The notes: a model not told the origin generated them from the letters alone. A stretch of 64,000 nucleotides of DNA from an uncultured Methylomirabilota bacterium (GCA_963845565.1 CAWJSJ010000002.1:256001-320000); one strand, 5' to 3'. Positions 1-9,883 are shown, counted from the stretch's first letter. A program made the numbers and translations.

Positions 1-279
1 CTCGGAAGAACGATCCTTGCGAATTTCCTGAAGTCCCTGGTGGCGAACCCCCTCCGCCCCGACAAGATCGTGTGCTGGAATGCCGGCGTCAAGCTCCTCG
101 CCGCCGATTCGCCGACGGTGGGTGTCCTCCAGGACCTGGAGGGGATCGGGGTCGAGATCCTCGTCTGCAAGACCTGCGTCGAGCATTTCGGGCTGCAAGG
201 GTCCCTCCGGGCGGGAGAAGTCGCGACCATGCCCATCATCAGCGACCTCTTACTGCGAAGCGACGTCCTGACCGTCTAG
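1..279 (+). CDS. YedF/DsrE-like sulfurtransferase domain protein, 5'-partial
   Basis: Frame is open from the window start. LGRTILANFL..IVCWNAGVKL..VEILVCKTCVEHFGL..GEVATM matches the YedF/DsrE pattern. Confidence 0.7.
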   Translation, partial: LGRTILANFLKSLVANPLRPDKIVCWNAGVKLLAADSPTVGVLQDLEGIGVEILVCKTCVEHFGLQGSLRAGEVATMPIISDLLLRSDVLTV

Positions 280-319
280 TCCGGATCATTCACGAAGGAT
301 TCGTGAAAAATCCGGGCTT
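277..319. repeat. Short inverted-repeat element (collapsed MITE/IS-end-like hairpin)
   Basis: tccggatcattcacgaa-gga-ttcgtgaaaaatccgg; it begins at the TAG stop of the upstream gene. Confidence 0.6.
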
Positions 320-464
320 ACCTGACGAGCAGCTATTCTCGCCTGCGCGGGAAGATACCTGGTGGCGGGCGGACCGGGTACCCATCCGCCAGTATGGGTG
401 CGGTGTCACCATGCACCGGCGACGTCTGATCCGTTCCGGACCCCCGACCACACGGGTTTCTATT

Positions 465-509
465 TAACCCTCATTGTTCGCGAGCGGCGTTCGCGAATAA
501 TGCGGGTTA
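465..509. repeat. Short inverted-repeat element related to 277-319
   Basis: taaccctcattgttcgcga...tcgcgaataatgcgggtta; arm sequence resembles the 277-319 arm. Confidence 0.6.
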
Positions 510-646
510 GGCTCATCACCCACCTTCCGTCCTCACCGCGACGCCAACCGCATTCACGGGCTGGACGCGGTCCATACAGTATGATATCAACCCTTCCACA
601 ATCGCTTCACGGTATACCATTTCACCGTTGGAGGGAGGAGGACGCT

Positions 647-2293
647 ATGAACGGGCGCGATGCGATCGACAGCAGGTTGCGCGGTCTGACGGAGCGGTTC
701 CGGTCCGGGATTCTGAGCCGACGCGAGTTCGTCGAGGCGGCAGGCGTCTTCCTCGGCGGGACCACCCTCGCGTCCCTGATTGCGGCAGGCGGCCCCCTCC
801 AGGCAGCCCACGCGGCGGCGGCCTCTGCGGGCCCTCCCAAGAAAGGCGGGACCCTGAAGGTCGGCTTCTGGTCCGAACCTGGCGTCTTGGACCCCGTGTT
901 CACCACGCGCTACCAGACGCTCGACGTCGTCTGCAACTTCTTCGAGGGGCTGTTCGCCGACAGCGCCAAGTACAGCCCCAAGCCGATGCTCGCGGCGAGC
1001 TACGAGACGAGCCGGGACGGAAAGTTGGTCACCATCGGGCTCCGCAAGGGGGTGACCTTCCACAACGGCAAAGAGATGACCTCGGCCGACGTGCTCGCTT
1101 CGCTGAAACGGTGGCAGGCGATTGGCGCGAACGGCAGCATGGTGGCAAAACGCATCGACGAGATCAGGGCCAAGGATAAGTACACCATCGCCGTCGCCTT
1201 CAACAAGGCCACAGGCCTGTTCCCCACGTACCTTTCGCTGCCCGACTCGACCATCGTGCCAGAAGAGGTTGCCAACGCCGCGGGCAAGCAGGCGATGAAG
1301 GATCTGGTCGGGACGGGCCCCTTTAAATTCGTGGAGCATCTCCCGGACCGGCACATTCGCGCGGTGCGCTTCGACAACTACGCTGCGCGGACCGACGAGT
1401 CGGACGGCATGGCCGGGCGCAAGACGGCCTACTTTGACGAGGTCCGGTGGCTGGTCGCCAATGAGGCCGCCGTGCGGGCTGACGGGCTGACCACTGGCGA
1501 GTACGACTTCGCGGGCATTCTGAGCTGGAGCTCGTATGAGCGCCTCAAGACGGACCCGAACCTCGCGCTGCACCTCACCAAGCCGTACGAGTGGCTGGCC
1601 ATCCACCTGAACAAGAAGCAGGGGATGTTCACCGACCTCAAGATGCGCCGGGCGATCCAGAAGATCGCCAACCTCGAACCGGCTAACCGCGCCGCCTTCC
1701 GGTCACCCGAATTCTACCGCCTCGACCCCGGGATCACCAGCCGCGAGACCGCCCTGTACTCCGATGTCGGCAAGGAGCTGTTTAACCGGCCAAACCTGGA
1801 CGAAGCTAAAGCTCTGCTGAAGGAGGCTGGGTACCAGGGTGCGCCGGTCGTCTGGATGACGAACAAGGAGTCCCAGGCCAACTACGACCTCGCCCTCACG
1901 TTCAAGGGCCAGCTGGAGGCGGCCGGGATGACCGTGGACCTCCAGGTGATGGACAGCGCGACGCTCAGGGCGCGCCGGGAGAAGCCGGAGCTGTGGAATG
2001 CGTTCATCACCGGCCACCCGGCCCAGCTTCACCCGGTCATGCATGTGTTCCTCAACGCCCGGTGGCCCGGCTGGTGGGAGAACGAGAAGAAAGACACACT
2101 CGTGGACGCCATCCTGTCCGAGGCGGACCCGAAGAAGGCCTACGGACTGGTCGAGGACCTGCAGCGGCTGGTCTACGAGGACGCGGCCCTCGTCAAGACC
2201 GGGGAGTACTTCATCCTCCACGGGGCGCGGAAAGGCCTGAAGGGCTACGCCAGCATGCTGCGACCCTTCTTCTTCAACGTCTGGCTGGAGTAG
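647..2293 (+). CDS. ABC transporter substrate-binding protein, family 5 (peptide/nickel), Tat-type signal
   Basis: GGAGG RBS before ATG 647; SRREF twin-arginine motif; LRKGVTFHNG and GTGPFK motifs. Confidence 0.92.
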   Translation: MNGRDAIDSRLRGLTERFRSGILSRREFVEAAGVFLGGTTLASLIAAGGPLQAAHAAAASAGPPKKGGTLKVGFWSEPGVLDPVFTTRYQTLDVVCNFFEGLFADSAKYSPKPMLAASYETSRDGKLVTIGLRKGVTFHNGKEMTSADVLASLKRWQAIGANGSMVAKRIDEIRAKDKYTIAVAFNKATGLFPTYLSLPDSTIVPEEVANAAGKQAMKDLVGTGPFKFVEHLPDRHIRAVRFDNYAARTDESDGMAGRKTAYFDEVRWLVANEAAVRADGLTTGEYDFAGILSWSSYERLKTDPNLALHLTKPYEWLAIHLNKKQGMFTDLKMRRAIQKIANLEPANRAAFRSPEFYRLDPGITSRETALYSDVGKELFNRPNLDEAKALLKEAGYQGAPVVWMTNKESQANYDLALTFKGQLEAAGMTVDLQVMDSATLRARREKPELWNAFITGHPAQLHPVMHVFLNARWPGWWENEKKDTLVDAILSEADPKKAYGLVEDLQRLVYEDAALVKTGEYFILHGARKGLKGYASMLRPFFFNVWLE

Positions 2294-2387
2294 CGTCGGA
2301 GCCGAAGCGAGCGACGCCGGGCGCCGGGGGGCCAACCCCTCGGCGCCCAAGCGCGACCACCCCGCACGGTCCCGGAGGCGAGAGTCG

Positions 2388-3347
2388 GTGTACGCCTACA
2401 TTGCGCGACGCTTCTTGCAGGCGATCCCGGTCATGGTGCTGGTGGCCACGGCGGTGTTTTTGCTGCTCCGCCTGACGCCCGGGGATCCAACCGACATCCT
2501 GCTGGGACCCGAGGCGACGCCGGAGCGGGCGGCCGAGCTCCGGCGGGACCTTGGGCTCGACAAACCCCTCCCCGTGCAGTGGGCGGTCTGGTTCAGCCAC
2601 GTGCTCCGCGGAGACTTGGGCGAATCGATCTTCTTGCGTCGTCCCGTCACCCAGGCCATCTGGGAGCGGGCGGAGCCGACGCTCATGCTGACGTTCTTGT
2701 CGCTCATCATTGCGGTGATGTTGGGCCTGAGCCTCGGCATCGCGGCCGCGGTGCGGCAGGGATCGTGGGCGGACATCGCGGCCATGTTGGTCTCCCTCGC
2801 CGGGATATCCATGCCCACCTTTTGGATCGGCCTCAACCTGATCCTGGTCTTTGCCGTCATCCTGGGCCTGCTGCCGGTCGCCGGCTACAAGCCGCTGAGC
2901 GAGGGCCTCTGGGAGAACGTGCGCTACCTCGTGCTTCCGGCCGTCACGTTGGGGTTCTACGACGCCGCGCTGCTGGCCCGCATGACCCGGTCGATGATGC
3001 TCGGGGTGCTCAAGGAGCACTACGTCCGGACCGCGCGTTCCATCGGGGTGTCCGAGCGCCGCGTCGTGCTCCGGCACGCCCTGCGCAACGCCCTGATCCC
3101 CCTGCTGACGATCGTGGGTCTGATGTTCGCCGGACTCATGGGCGGTGCGCTGGTCACCGAGACCGTCTTCAACATTCCTGGAGTGGGGCGGCTGCTGATC
3201 CAGGCGGTCTTGCGCCGGGATTACGCGCTGGTGCAAGGGATCGTGCTGCTGATCGCTGGCGCGTATGTGTTCATCAATCTCTGCGTGGACATCCTGTACG
3301 GGGTACTCGACCCGCGGATCAGCCGGTCCACATCCCCGGCGAGGTAA
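2388..3347 (+). CDS. Peptide ABC transporter permease (DppB/OppB-like)
   Basis: PGDP, GDLGES, YVRTARSIG, ETVFNIPGVG and DPRI motifs. Confidence 0.93.
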   Translation: MYAYIARRFLQAIPVMVLVATAVFLLLRLTPGDPTDILLGPEATPERAAELRRDLGLDKPLPVQWAVWFSHVLRGDLGESIFLRRPVTQAIWERAEPTLMLTFLSLIIAVMLGLSLGIAAAVRQGSWADIAAMLVSLAGISMPTFWIGLNLILVFAVILGLLPVAGYKPLSEGLWENVRYLVLPAVTLGFYDAALLARMTRSMMLGVLKEHYVRTARSIGVSERRVVLRHALRNALIPLLTIVGLMFAGLMGGALVTETVFNIPGVGRLLIQAVLRRDYALVQGIVLLIAGAYVFINLCVDILYGVLDPRISRSTSPAR

Positions 3348-3358
3348 GGCCGAAGCGC

Positions 3359-4285
3359 ATGGAGCAGCCGACCGCCGTGCCCGAGGGACCGACGAAACCG
3401 TTGCAGGCAGCCAACGCCGACGTGCCGCGCCGCCCCTGGTACGCGGGCGCGCTCCAGCGCTGGTCCATTATGATCGGGGGCGCGCTCCTCTTGGCCGTCC
3501 TGGCGGTGACCGCGCTCGCGCCCATCATCACGCCGTTCGACCCGAACCTCGTGCGGCCGGAGATCCAGTTCATCCGCCCGAACTCGGTGCACCTGTTCGG
3601 CACGGACAACTTCGGTCGCGATCTCTTCAGCCGCACGGTTTATGGCGCGCGAAACTCGCTCCTCATCGGGTCGTCCGTCGTGCTGATGAGCTGCCTGCTC
3701 GGCACCATAGGCGGACTCCTCGCCGGGTTCTATCGACGCCTCGACACGGTGCTGATGGGGGCCATGGACAGCCTGATGGCGTTCCCGGGGATCGTCTTGG
3801 CCGTCGCCATCATGGCGGCGATCGGCCCCCGACTACAGAACGTGATCATCGCCTTGGGCATCGTACAGATCCCGCGGGTGACCCGGCTGGTCCGCAGCGT
3901 GGTGTTCACCATCGTGCACACACAGTACATCGAAGCCGGCCGTGCCCTCGGGATGAGCGACATCCGCATCCTTCTCCGACACATCCTGCCGAACTGCGTC
4001 TCCCCCCTGATCGTGCAGGCGACGTTCATCTTCGGCCTCGCGGTGCTGGGTGAGGCCTCCCTCTCGTTCCTCGGCGTGGGCGCCCCGCCGTATATCCCCA
4101 GTTGGGGGAACATCCTCGGCGAGGCCAGGGTGTACGTTCGCGATGCCCCGTACATGATGCTCTTACCCGGGTTGGCGCTCTCGATCACCATCCTCGGGCT
4201 GAATCTCATCGGTGATGGGATCCGCGACTGGCTCGATCCCATGTCCGTGGCGCGGCGCCTGGAGGCGCATCAGCGCGCGCAATAA
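3359..4285 (+). CDS. Peptide ABC transporter permease (DppC/OppC-like)
   Basis: HLFGTDNFGRD, EAA loop (YIEAGRALG), EASLSFLG and GDGIRDWLDP motifs. Confidence 0.93.
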   Translation: MEQPTAVPEGPTKPLQAANADVPRRPWYAGALQRWSIMIGGALLLAVLAVTALAPIITPFDPNLVRPEIQFIRPNSVHLFGTDNFGRDLFSRTVYGARNSLLIGSSVVLMSCLLGTIGGLLAGFYRRLDTVLMGAMDSLMAFPGIVLAVAIMAAIGPRLQNVIIALGIVQIPRVTRLVRSVVFTIVHTQYIEAGRALGMSDIRILLRHILPNCVSPLIVQATFIFGLAVLGEASLSFLGVGAPPYIPSWGNILGEARVYVRDAPYMMLLPGLALSITILGLNLIGDGIRDWLDPMSVARRLEAHQRAQ

Positions 4286-4312
4286 TCGATCCGGCTCCCG
4301 AAAGGATAGAGC

Positions 4313-5341
4313 ATGGACTACCGAGAACTGCACCGGAAAGCGCTGGTTATCGACTCCCACAATGACACCATTGTAGCCCACATCCGACGCGGGAATTACA
4401 GCCTAGAAGTGGGACCGGCGGGGGCGGCCGAGCGCAGCTCCGGCGTGATCGCTTTCTTGCGCGGGCCGGAGGAGCCGCGCCCCGGCGCCGACAGTATTCA
4501 GATCAACCTCCCGAAGATGCGGGAGGCGGGCATCGACGCCGGATTCTTCGCAATCGACGTGACGCTGGCCCTCAAGAACCATCTCGGGTACGCGTTGGAT
4601 GGCCTCGGTTATCTACGGAACGACCTGGATCAATGCCGAGCGCCCGCGGTGATCGTGCGTCGCACGAGCGACCTCTTCGACGCCAAGGCGGCCGGCAAAG
4701 TCGGGATCGTCCTCGCGATCGAGCACGCCGATTGCACCGAGGGCAGCCTCCACGTCCTCCGGATGCTCTACGAACTGGGGGTGCGATCGATCGGGTTCAC
4801 GCACAATGTGAGCAGCTGCGCGGCAGACGGGTGCCTCGAACCCCGCGAGGGCGTCGGCCTCACCCACTTCGGGAGGGACCTGGTTCGGGAGATGAACCGG
4901 CTGGGCATGTTGGTAGACCTTGCGCACATCAGCCCCGCCGGCTTCTTTGACGCGCTGGAGGTCACCACGAAGCCCGTGATCTTCTCGCATGGCAACGCCA
5001 AGGCGCTGTGCGGTCATTTCCGCAATCTGGCCGACGACCAGCTGAAGGCCTTGGCGGAGAATCGCGGGGTCATCGGCCTGAGCTACGTCCCATTCTTCGT
5101 GGACGAGCAGGCCCCGACGCTCGAACGCCTGCTCGATCACGTCGACCACGTCGCCTCGTTGGTTGGGATCGACACCGTGGGGCTTGGCTCCGACTTCGAC
5201 GGCGGAGGCACCCTGCTGAAGGATGCGACCGAGGTTCCGCGAATCGTCGAGGGGCTGATCCGGCGCGGATACAGTGAAAGCGACATCCGCAAAGTCCTGG
5301 GCGAGAACACCCTCCGCGTGCTCAGGGAAACCATCGGATAG
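4313..5341 (+). CDS. Membrane dipeptidase family (peptidase M19)
   Basis: IDSHND, EMNRLGMLVDLAH, FSH, GSDFDG and LGEN motifs. Confidence 0.93.
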   Translation: MDYRELHRKALVIDSHNDTIVAHIRRGNYSLEVGPAGAAERSSGVIAFLRGPEEPRPGADSIQINLPKMREAGIDAGFFAIDVTLALKNHLGYALDGLGYLRNDLDQCRAPAVIVRRTSDLFDAKAAGKVGIVLAIEHADCTEGSLHVLRMLYELGVRSIGFTHNVSSCAADGCLEPREGVGLTHFGRDLVREMNRLGMLVDLAHISPAGFFDALEVTTKPVIFSHGNAKALCGHFRNLADDQLKALAENRGVIGLSYVPFFVDEQAPTLERLLDHVDHVASLVGIDTVGLGSDFDGGGTLLKDATEVPRIVEGLIRRGYSESDIRKVLGENTLRVLRETIG

Positions 5342-5352
5342 CCTCGACCGAA

Positions 5353-5406
5353 GGCCGGGAGGGTCCGGTAGCAGGCCCAGAAGGCGGGCGAGGCGTGGTG
5401 CGTCAC
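5353..5406 (-). pseudogene. N-terminal remnant of a RelE/ParE-like toxin
   Basis: A GTG overlapping the antitoxin stop gives MTHHASPAFWACYRTLP, which then runs into the antisense of the dipeptidase. Confidence 0.55.
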
Positions 5407-5603
5407 AGGGGCGTAGAGCGTTCCGCTGCGTGATCCCGGAGCGCCTGCGCGGCCAGCCACTCCAGCTTACCCGCCGTCACGTCCGCCTCAAAGTCCCGGT
5501 CCCAGGCCTCGGCGTCAAAGGCGGCGAACCACTGCCGGAGGGTGGCCAGCTCGTCGGCGGACAGTCCCTTGATCTGGCGTTCGAGATCCTTAACCTTGCT
5601 CAT
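5403..5603 (-). CDS. Putative type II antitoxin (66 aa)
   Basis: RBS GAAGGAGAGG; MSKVKDLERQIKGLS..WFAAFDAEAWDRDFEADVTAGKL is typical of antitoxins upstream of RelE/ParE-like toxins. Confidence 0.7.
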   Translation of the reverse strand: MSKVKDLERQIKGLSADELATLRQWFAAFDAEAWDRDFEADVTAGKLEWLAAQALRDHAAERSTPL

Positions 5604-6048
5604 CCTCTCCTTCATGCCCCACGTCTCATCCGCGCCAAGCCTACCGAATGGGCTCCGGGGTATCAACGCAACGCCCTGGGCAGATCGCTGGGCCTGGACG
5701 CGGGAAACGGCCGGGTCCAAAATTCGAGGAGGAAATGTACGCCCTTTCGGCCCGCGCCATCCGTCCCGACGCCATCGGACAACACAGGAGAGTGGCTCTA
5801 AAGATCCTCGCATGGGACGCCCCGGTGTCGTTTTCGGCCGGCGCGGAAGGTGACGAAAGTGGAAACGCATTTCGGGAGCGACCGTCTGCCTCATATCTCC
5901 AATGAGGGTTCTGTGAGGCTCGCCGCGGGCTGCGCTGGGCCGACGAGTGGCGCATGAGGAGGGCGCACGGAATTCGACTCGGGGATTTACCTCATGGCCG
6001 GCCGATGCTTACTTGCTTGGGGACGTCTTTGGGCGGGGCTAACGGTCG

Positions 6049-6166
6049 CAGGTAGAGGCGGTGGTCTCTAGGCATAGACGACTTCCTGCGCGATGATCGG
6101 CTGCAGGCGCGGTTTGACGCAGTCAGCCAGGACCAGGTCCACGGGGGCGCCCAGGAGGTCCTCCAG
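6049..6166 (-). pseudogene. MNT (nucleotidyltransferase) C-terminal remnant plus HEPN/DUF86 N-terminal remnant
   Basis: LEDLLGAPVDLVLADCVKPRLQPIIAQEVVYA* overlaps ATG-PRDHRLYL. Confidence 0.65.
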
Positions 6167-6194
6167 CCTGACGCTGCACGTCTCGCCCGCACTC

Positions 6195-6452
6195 GAGGCG
6201 CACCCGCTGCGGGCCATGCTTGCCGCGGGCTTGTGTGTAACAATCAACTCCGATGACCCGGCCTACTTCGGCGGGTATATCAGCGAGAATTTGCTCCGAT
6301 GCCAGCGTAGCTTAGGGTTGTCCATGGAAGACATTGCGACGCTGGCGCGCAACAGTTTTTCTGCGGCCTTTGTTCCAGCCGCCGACGCAGCCCAAGGGAT
6401 TTCCTCGGTAAATGCGTATTGCGACGCATTTCGGAAGATCCCCACGGCATAA
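6195..6452 (+). pseudogene. Adenosine/adenine deaminase C-terminal fragment
   Basis: HPLRAMLAAGLCVTINSDDPAYFGGY..LARNSF; the N-terminal HxH-containing two thirds is absent. Confidence 0.8.
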
Positions 6453-6597
6453 TCCCCCGACCAGTCGACAGTTGGCTGCCTGCCAGAGGGGTCCCGAGCC
6501 ACGTATCCATGAGTGGTATTCGACCGGCGACTCGAACCCGTGGTGCACGACCGATATGGAGAACGCTCGCTGGCGGACGATCCCCGCCGACTCTCTC

Positions 6598-7161
6598 TCA
6601 GTTCCCCGGGATCGAGTGGCCGCTCTCCTCGGGGGGCTTGGCCTTGGACCCCACTGCCCAGTCCTTGTCGGGGTCCTCCATCTCCAGCTTGCGAATCCCG
6701 CCCTGGAACCGCTGCTGCAGTTTTTCGTACTCGTGCCACACATCCGTGTCCGGGTGTTTCCAGTCGTGCAGGTAGAACACGGATTTCACCTTGGCCTGCA
6801 AGAGCTCCTTGGTGCAGCCGAAGCAGGGGCGCATGGTCGTGTACAGGATCGCCCCCTGGACCGGGATACCGAACCGGGCCGCCGACAGCAGCGCATTCTG
6901 CTCCGCGTGGACGCAGATGCAGAGATCATAGCCCTTGCCCGCGCCGTACTTCTCCCGGTTGGCGCACCGGTCGCAGCCGCCATCCTCGCAGTTCACCATG
7001 TCCGAGGGAGTCCCGTTGTAGCCCGTGGAAACCACGTGGCCGTCCAGGACGAGGATCGCCCCCACGTGATTCCCCCGGCAGTTGGCCCGGGCCCGCACGG
7101 CCATCGCGATCCCCATGAAATACCGATCCCGGTCCAAGCGCGCCTTGCTCTCGGGAGCCAT
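6598..7161 (-). CDS. dCMP deaminase / ComEB family
   Basis: TGYNG, HAEQNA and PCFGC zinc motifs. Confidence 0.9.
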   Translation of the reverse strand: MAPESKARLDRDRYFMGIAMAVRARANCRGNHVGAILVLDGHVVSTGYNGTPSDMVNCEDGGCDRCANREKYGAGKGYDLCICVHAEQNALLSAARFGIPVQGAILYTTMRPCFGCTKELLQAKVKSVFYLHDWKHPDTDVWHEYEKLQQRFQGGIRKLEMEDPDKDWAVGSKAKPPEESGHSIPGN

Positions 7162-7331
7162 GGACACCTCCATGAGGTCAGGTACAGTCCCGCGATGGCC
7201 GGCCGCGGATCCGCAACGAGGCCCACCCCGGCGATCCGCCGATCACCGCATCGGGTTCAATCTCCGCGGGGATCTCCGGCGCGAACACACCTCGCACCGT
7301 ACGAGCAGACCCGCACGCCGACTGGCACCCG

Positions 7332-7799
7332 TCACCCCAGTTGCTCCACCAGGTAGTTCTGGATCCCCATTTGCTTGATCTGATCGAGCTGCGCCTCGAG
7401 CCAGTCGATGTGGGCCTCCTCGTCCTTCAGGATGTGCTCCAGGAGTTCGCGCGTGCCGTTGTCCCCGACCTGGACGGCCAGGTTGATGCTCTCGTTGTAC
7501 GCCTGGATCGCCCCCTGCTCGGACTTGGAGTCGTTCTTGTGCTGGGCTTCCACGTCGGCGCCGATGTTGATCTTGTTCAACTTGCTGACAATGGGCGTCC
7601 CTTCCAAGAACAAAACGCGGGCGATGAGCTTCTCCGCATGCTTCATCTCATCGACGGCCCGCTTCTCCATCGCCTTGTGCAGCTTCTCATACCCCCAGTT
7701 GTCGCACATCTCCGACTGTACCATGTACTGGTTGATGGCGGTGAGCTCGTCGGCCAGCAGGTCATTCAGGCGGGCGATGATCCGGTCGTTGCCTTTCAT
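7332..7799 (-). CDS. bfr: Bacterioferritin
   Basis: MKG start; ELTAINQY, DEMKHA and EEAHIDWLE motifs. Confidence 0.95.
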   Translation of the reverse strand: MKGNDRIIARLNDLLADELTAINQYMVQSEMCDNWGYEKLHKAMEKRAVDEMKHAEKLIARVLFLEGTPIVSKLNKINIGADVEAQHKNDSKSEQGAIQAYNESINLAVQVGDNGTRELLEHILKDEEAHIDWLEAQLDQIKQMGIQNYLVEQLG

Positions 7800-7880
7800 G
7801 CTGCGCTCCTTTCCCACATGCGAAGTTAGTCGTGCAGCCCGCAGGCCGAGCGGGCCACGCGGACCGCGGTTGCCGTTCGG

Positions 7881-8225
7881 TTACGGCTCGCGGACGAAAT
7901 GCGGCATCTCCCCGGGGATTTCCAGGGCCAGCTCGATGAACCCGCGATACTGGCCGTCCTGGTACCAGGGCGCCTGGTAAATCAGCTTCTTCTGCCCGCG
8001 CTTCTCGATGGTATATACGTTCGTCCGCCGCGAGTCCAGCAACTCCCGCGTCTTCGTCCGCGCAGGTTCGGGATGGCAGTCAAGCATGTTGGTGCCGATC
8101 AGCGCCGCGCCGCCTTGGTCCTGGTATCCCCGCACCGACTTGTCGTTCATTTCCAGAATGATGCCGTCGGGATCGCAGATCGTGATCGCACCCCCGAACC
8201 CCTGAACCCACGAATGCTCTGCCAT
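7881..8225 (-). CDS. Stand-alone PAS-domain protein
   Basis: AITICDPDGIILEMN..LIGTNMLDCHP..YTIEKRGQKKLIYQAPW. Confidence 0.75.
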   Translation of the reverse strand: MAEHSWVQGFGGAITICDPDGIILEMNDKSVRGYQDQGGAALIGTNMLDCHPEPARTKTRELLDSRRTNVYTIEKRGQKKLIYQAPWYQDGQYRGFIELALEIPGEMPHFVREP

Positions 8226-8297
8226 CAAATCCTCCAACGCTGCAAGTCTGTTGTCTGTGTATCCACTTTTCGCAGAGGCCGCAAAACGCCCTTTCCC

Positions 8298-8424
8298 GCA
8301 GGCCGCTCAAAACGGTCCAGATGCAAGGCGACGCGCAAAGGGCCGAGTGAGGCGTACTCCACGTACGCCGCAGCGAGCGCCCGAGCAAGCCAACGCAGCA
8401 GATGGGCCGTTTTCAGCGGCCTGC
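8298..8424. mobile_element. MITE family 1, copy A
   Basis: 22-bp terminal inverted repeats with 2 mismatches (gcaggccgctcaaaacggtcca); interior matches 13113-13235 in reverse orientation. Confidence 0.75.
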
Positions 8425-9648
8425 CAGGTGGTACGCCACCTTCCCGATCCCGTGCGCCATCTCCGCAATATCCGTCTCGGTGTAGTGCTCGTAGATGTTC
8501 ATGGTGATCCAGCGATCGAAGGCCGCCTCGGCGACGGGGCAGTCGCCGCGCCGGTAGGTCCGACCCACCAGGGGCCATTCGGACCCGGGGAAGGCCGACC
8601 GGTTCTGGAAGATGCGGTACAGGTACACGGGCATGCCGCCCGTGATCAAGTGCGCCTTGCTCGGGATCCCCTCGGCGTTCAGCGCGTCCGCAAACTCCTG
8701 CGTGGTGCAGCGGAGCACCCGCGGGTCCAGTTTGAACAGATACAGGAAATAGCCGTGCCGGCAACCCGCCGGCGTCGCCTGCGGCGACACGCCGGGAAAA
8801 CCTGCGAGGTGATTGTCCAGTTGCACGCCGAGCCGATTCCGCCCCGCGACGATGGACTCGACGTTCTCCACTTGGGCCAAGGCCACCGCCCCCTGCAGTT
8901 CGGTCATCTGGTAGTTGGGGGCCAGGAAGAAGGGGTTCCGGATCCCTTCGTCCCGCTGGTAGCACTTGTCCAGGAAGATCGAGGCGTGATACCGCAGCCG
9001 ATCGTCGTTGGTGAGGATCATCCCCCCCGACCCGCAGGTGATGTGCTTGAAGTGGTTCAGTGAGAAGGAGTTGATGGCGCCCATGGTCCCGCCCAGCTTG
9101 CCGTGGTAGTAGCAGCAATAGGCTTGCGCGCAGTCCTCCACGATGGGGATACCCGTTTCCCGGCCCAGGGCCAAGAAGCCATCCATGTCCGCCGCCAGGC
9201 CGCTGTGGTGGACGACGACGATGGCCTTCGTCTTGTCGGTGAGCCGCTGCCGGACCGTGGCCGGGGTCATGTTGAGCGTATCCGGGTCGATGTCCGCGAA
9301 GACGGGCACCAGGCCCTGGTAGAGAATACCCGTCAGCGATCCCATGTCGGTGATCGCCGAGGTGATCACCTCGCTGCCGACCGGCAACTCGAGCGCCGCC
9401 ACGGCCATGTGCACCGCCGCCGTCCCGCTGCTGCACGCAATGCAGTGCTTCATCCCGTACATCTCCGCGAACCGCTTCTCGAGGGCGCGCACCTTGGTGC
9501 CCATGTAGAAGAAGAGCATGTCGGAATCGATGACCTCGTTGAGGTACTTCTTCTCCAGATCCCCGTGGCGCTTGCCCTTCGGGAACGGCGCGCGCTTGGC
9601 TTTCGGCCCGCCATGCATCGCCAGTGTCTCGGAAACCTCGAAGCTCAT
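8413..9648 (-). CDS. DegT/DnrJ/EryC1/StrS PLP-dependent aminotransferase
   Basis: SSGTAA, EDCAQA and FSLNHFKHITCGSGG (PLP lysine) motifs. Confidence 0.92.
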   Translation of the reverse strand: MSFEVSETLAMHGGPKAKRAPFPKGKRHGDLEKKYLNEVIDSDMLFFYMGTKVRALEKRFAEMYGMKHCIACSSGTAAVHMAVAALELPVGSEVITSAITDMGSLTGILYQGLVPVFADIDPDTLNMTPATVRQRLTDKTKAIVVVHHSGLAADMDGFLALGRETGIPIVEDCAQAYCCYYHGKLGGTMGAINSFSLNHFKHITCGSGGMILTNDDRLRYHASIFLDKCYQRDEGIRNPFFLAPNYQMTELQGAVALAQVENVESIVAGRNRLGVQLDNHLAGFPGVSPQATPAGCRHGYFLYLFKLDPRVLRCTTQEFADALNAEGIPSKAHLITGGMPVYLYRIFQNRSAFPGSEWPLVGRTYRRGDCPVAEAAFDRWITMNIYEHYTETDIAEMAHGIGKVAYHLAGR

Positions 9649-9789
9649 GACGTCCCCCTATCCGTGATGGCGAAACTCGCTCCCGCAGTGCCTGCCTGAC
9701 CGTGGCGGCCATCATATCACCTTCCTGCCGTCATCTTCAACGCAGGCGACCGTCCGCCCCGGCGGGCGAGTCGACGAGTGGGTTTCGTC

Positions 9790-9817
9790 TTGACACCGAC
9801 AGCGGTGATGATAGGTT
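9790..9817 (+). promoter_or_regulatory. Putative sigma70 promoter for the SDR gene
   Basis: TTGACA-N16-TAGGTT about 70 bp upstream of the ATG. Confidence 0.45.
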
Positions 9818-9883
9818 TCCTGTCGGCCGGGGGTTCGGGGACCCACGGCCCGGGCTCATTCCCCCTCGCGATAGGAGACAACC

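Noticed and set aside
5648..5905. Small ORF with GAGGAGG before an ATG near 5735
   Set aside because: No recognisable motif; it lies in a remnant-rich patch and cannot be supported.
6514..6545. tRNA-like 3' end on the minus strand (gggttcgagtcgccggtcgaatacca)
   Set aside because: The T-stem does not pair and no acceptor or anticodon arms can be built.
7252..7280. GGTTCAAT T-loop-like motif
   Set aside because: No cloverleaf around it.
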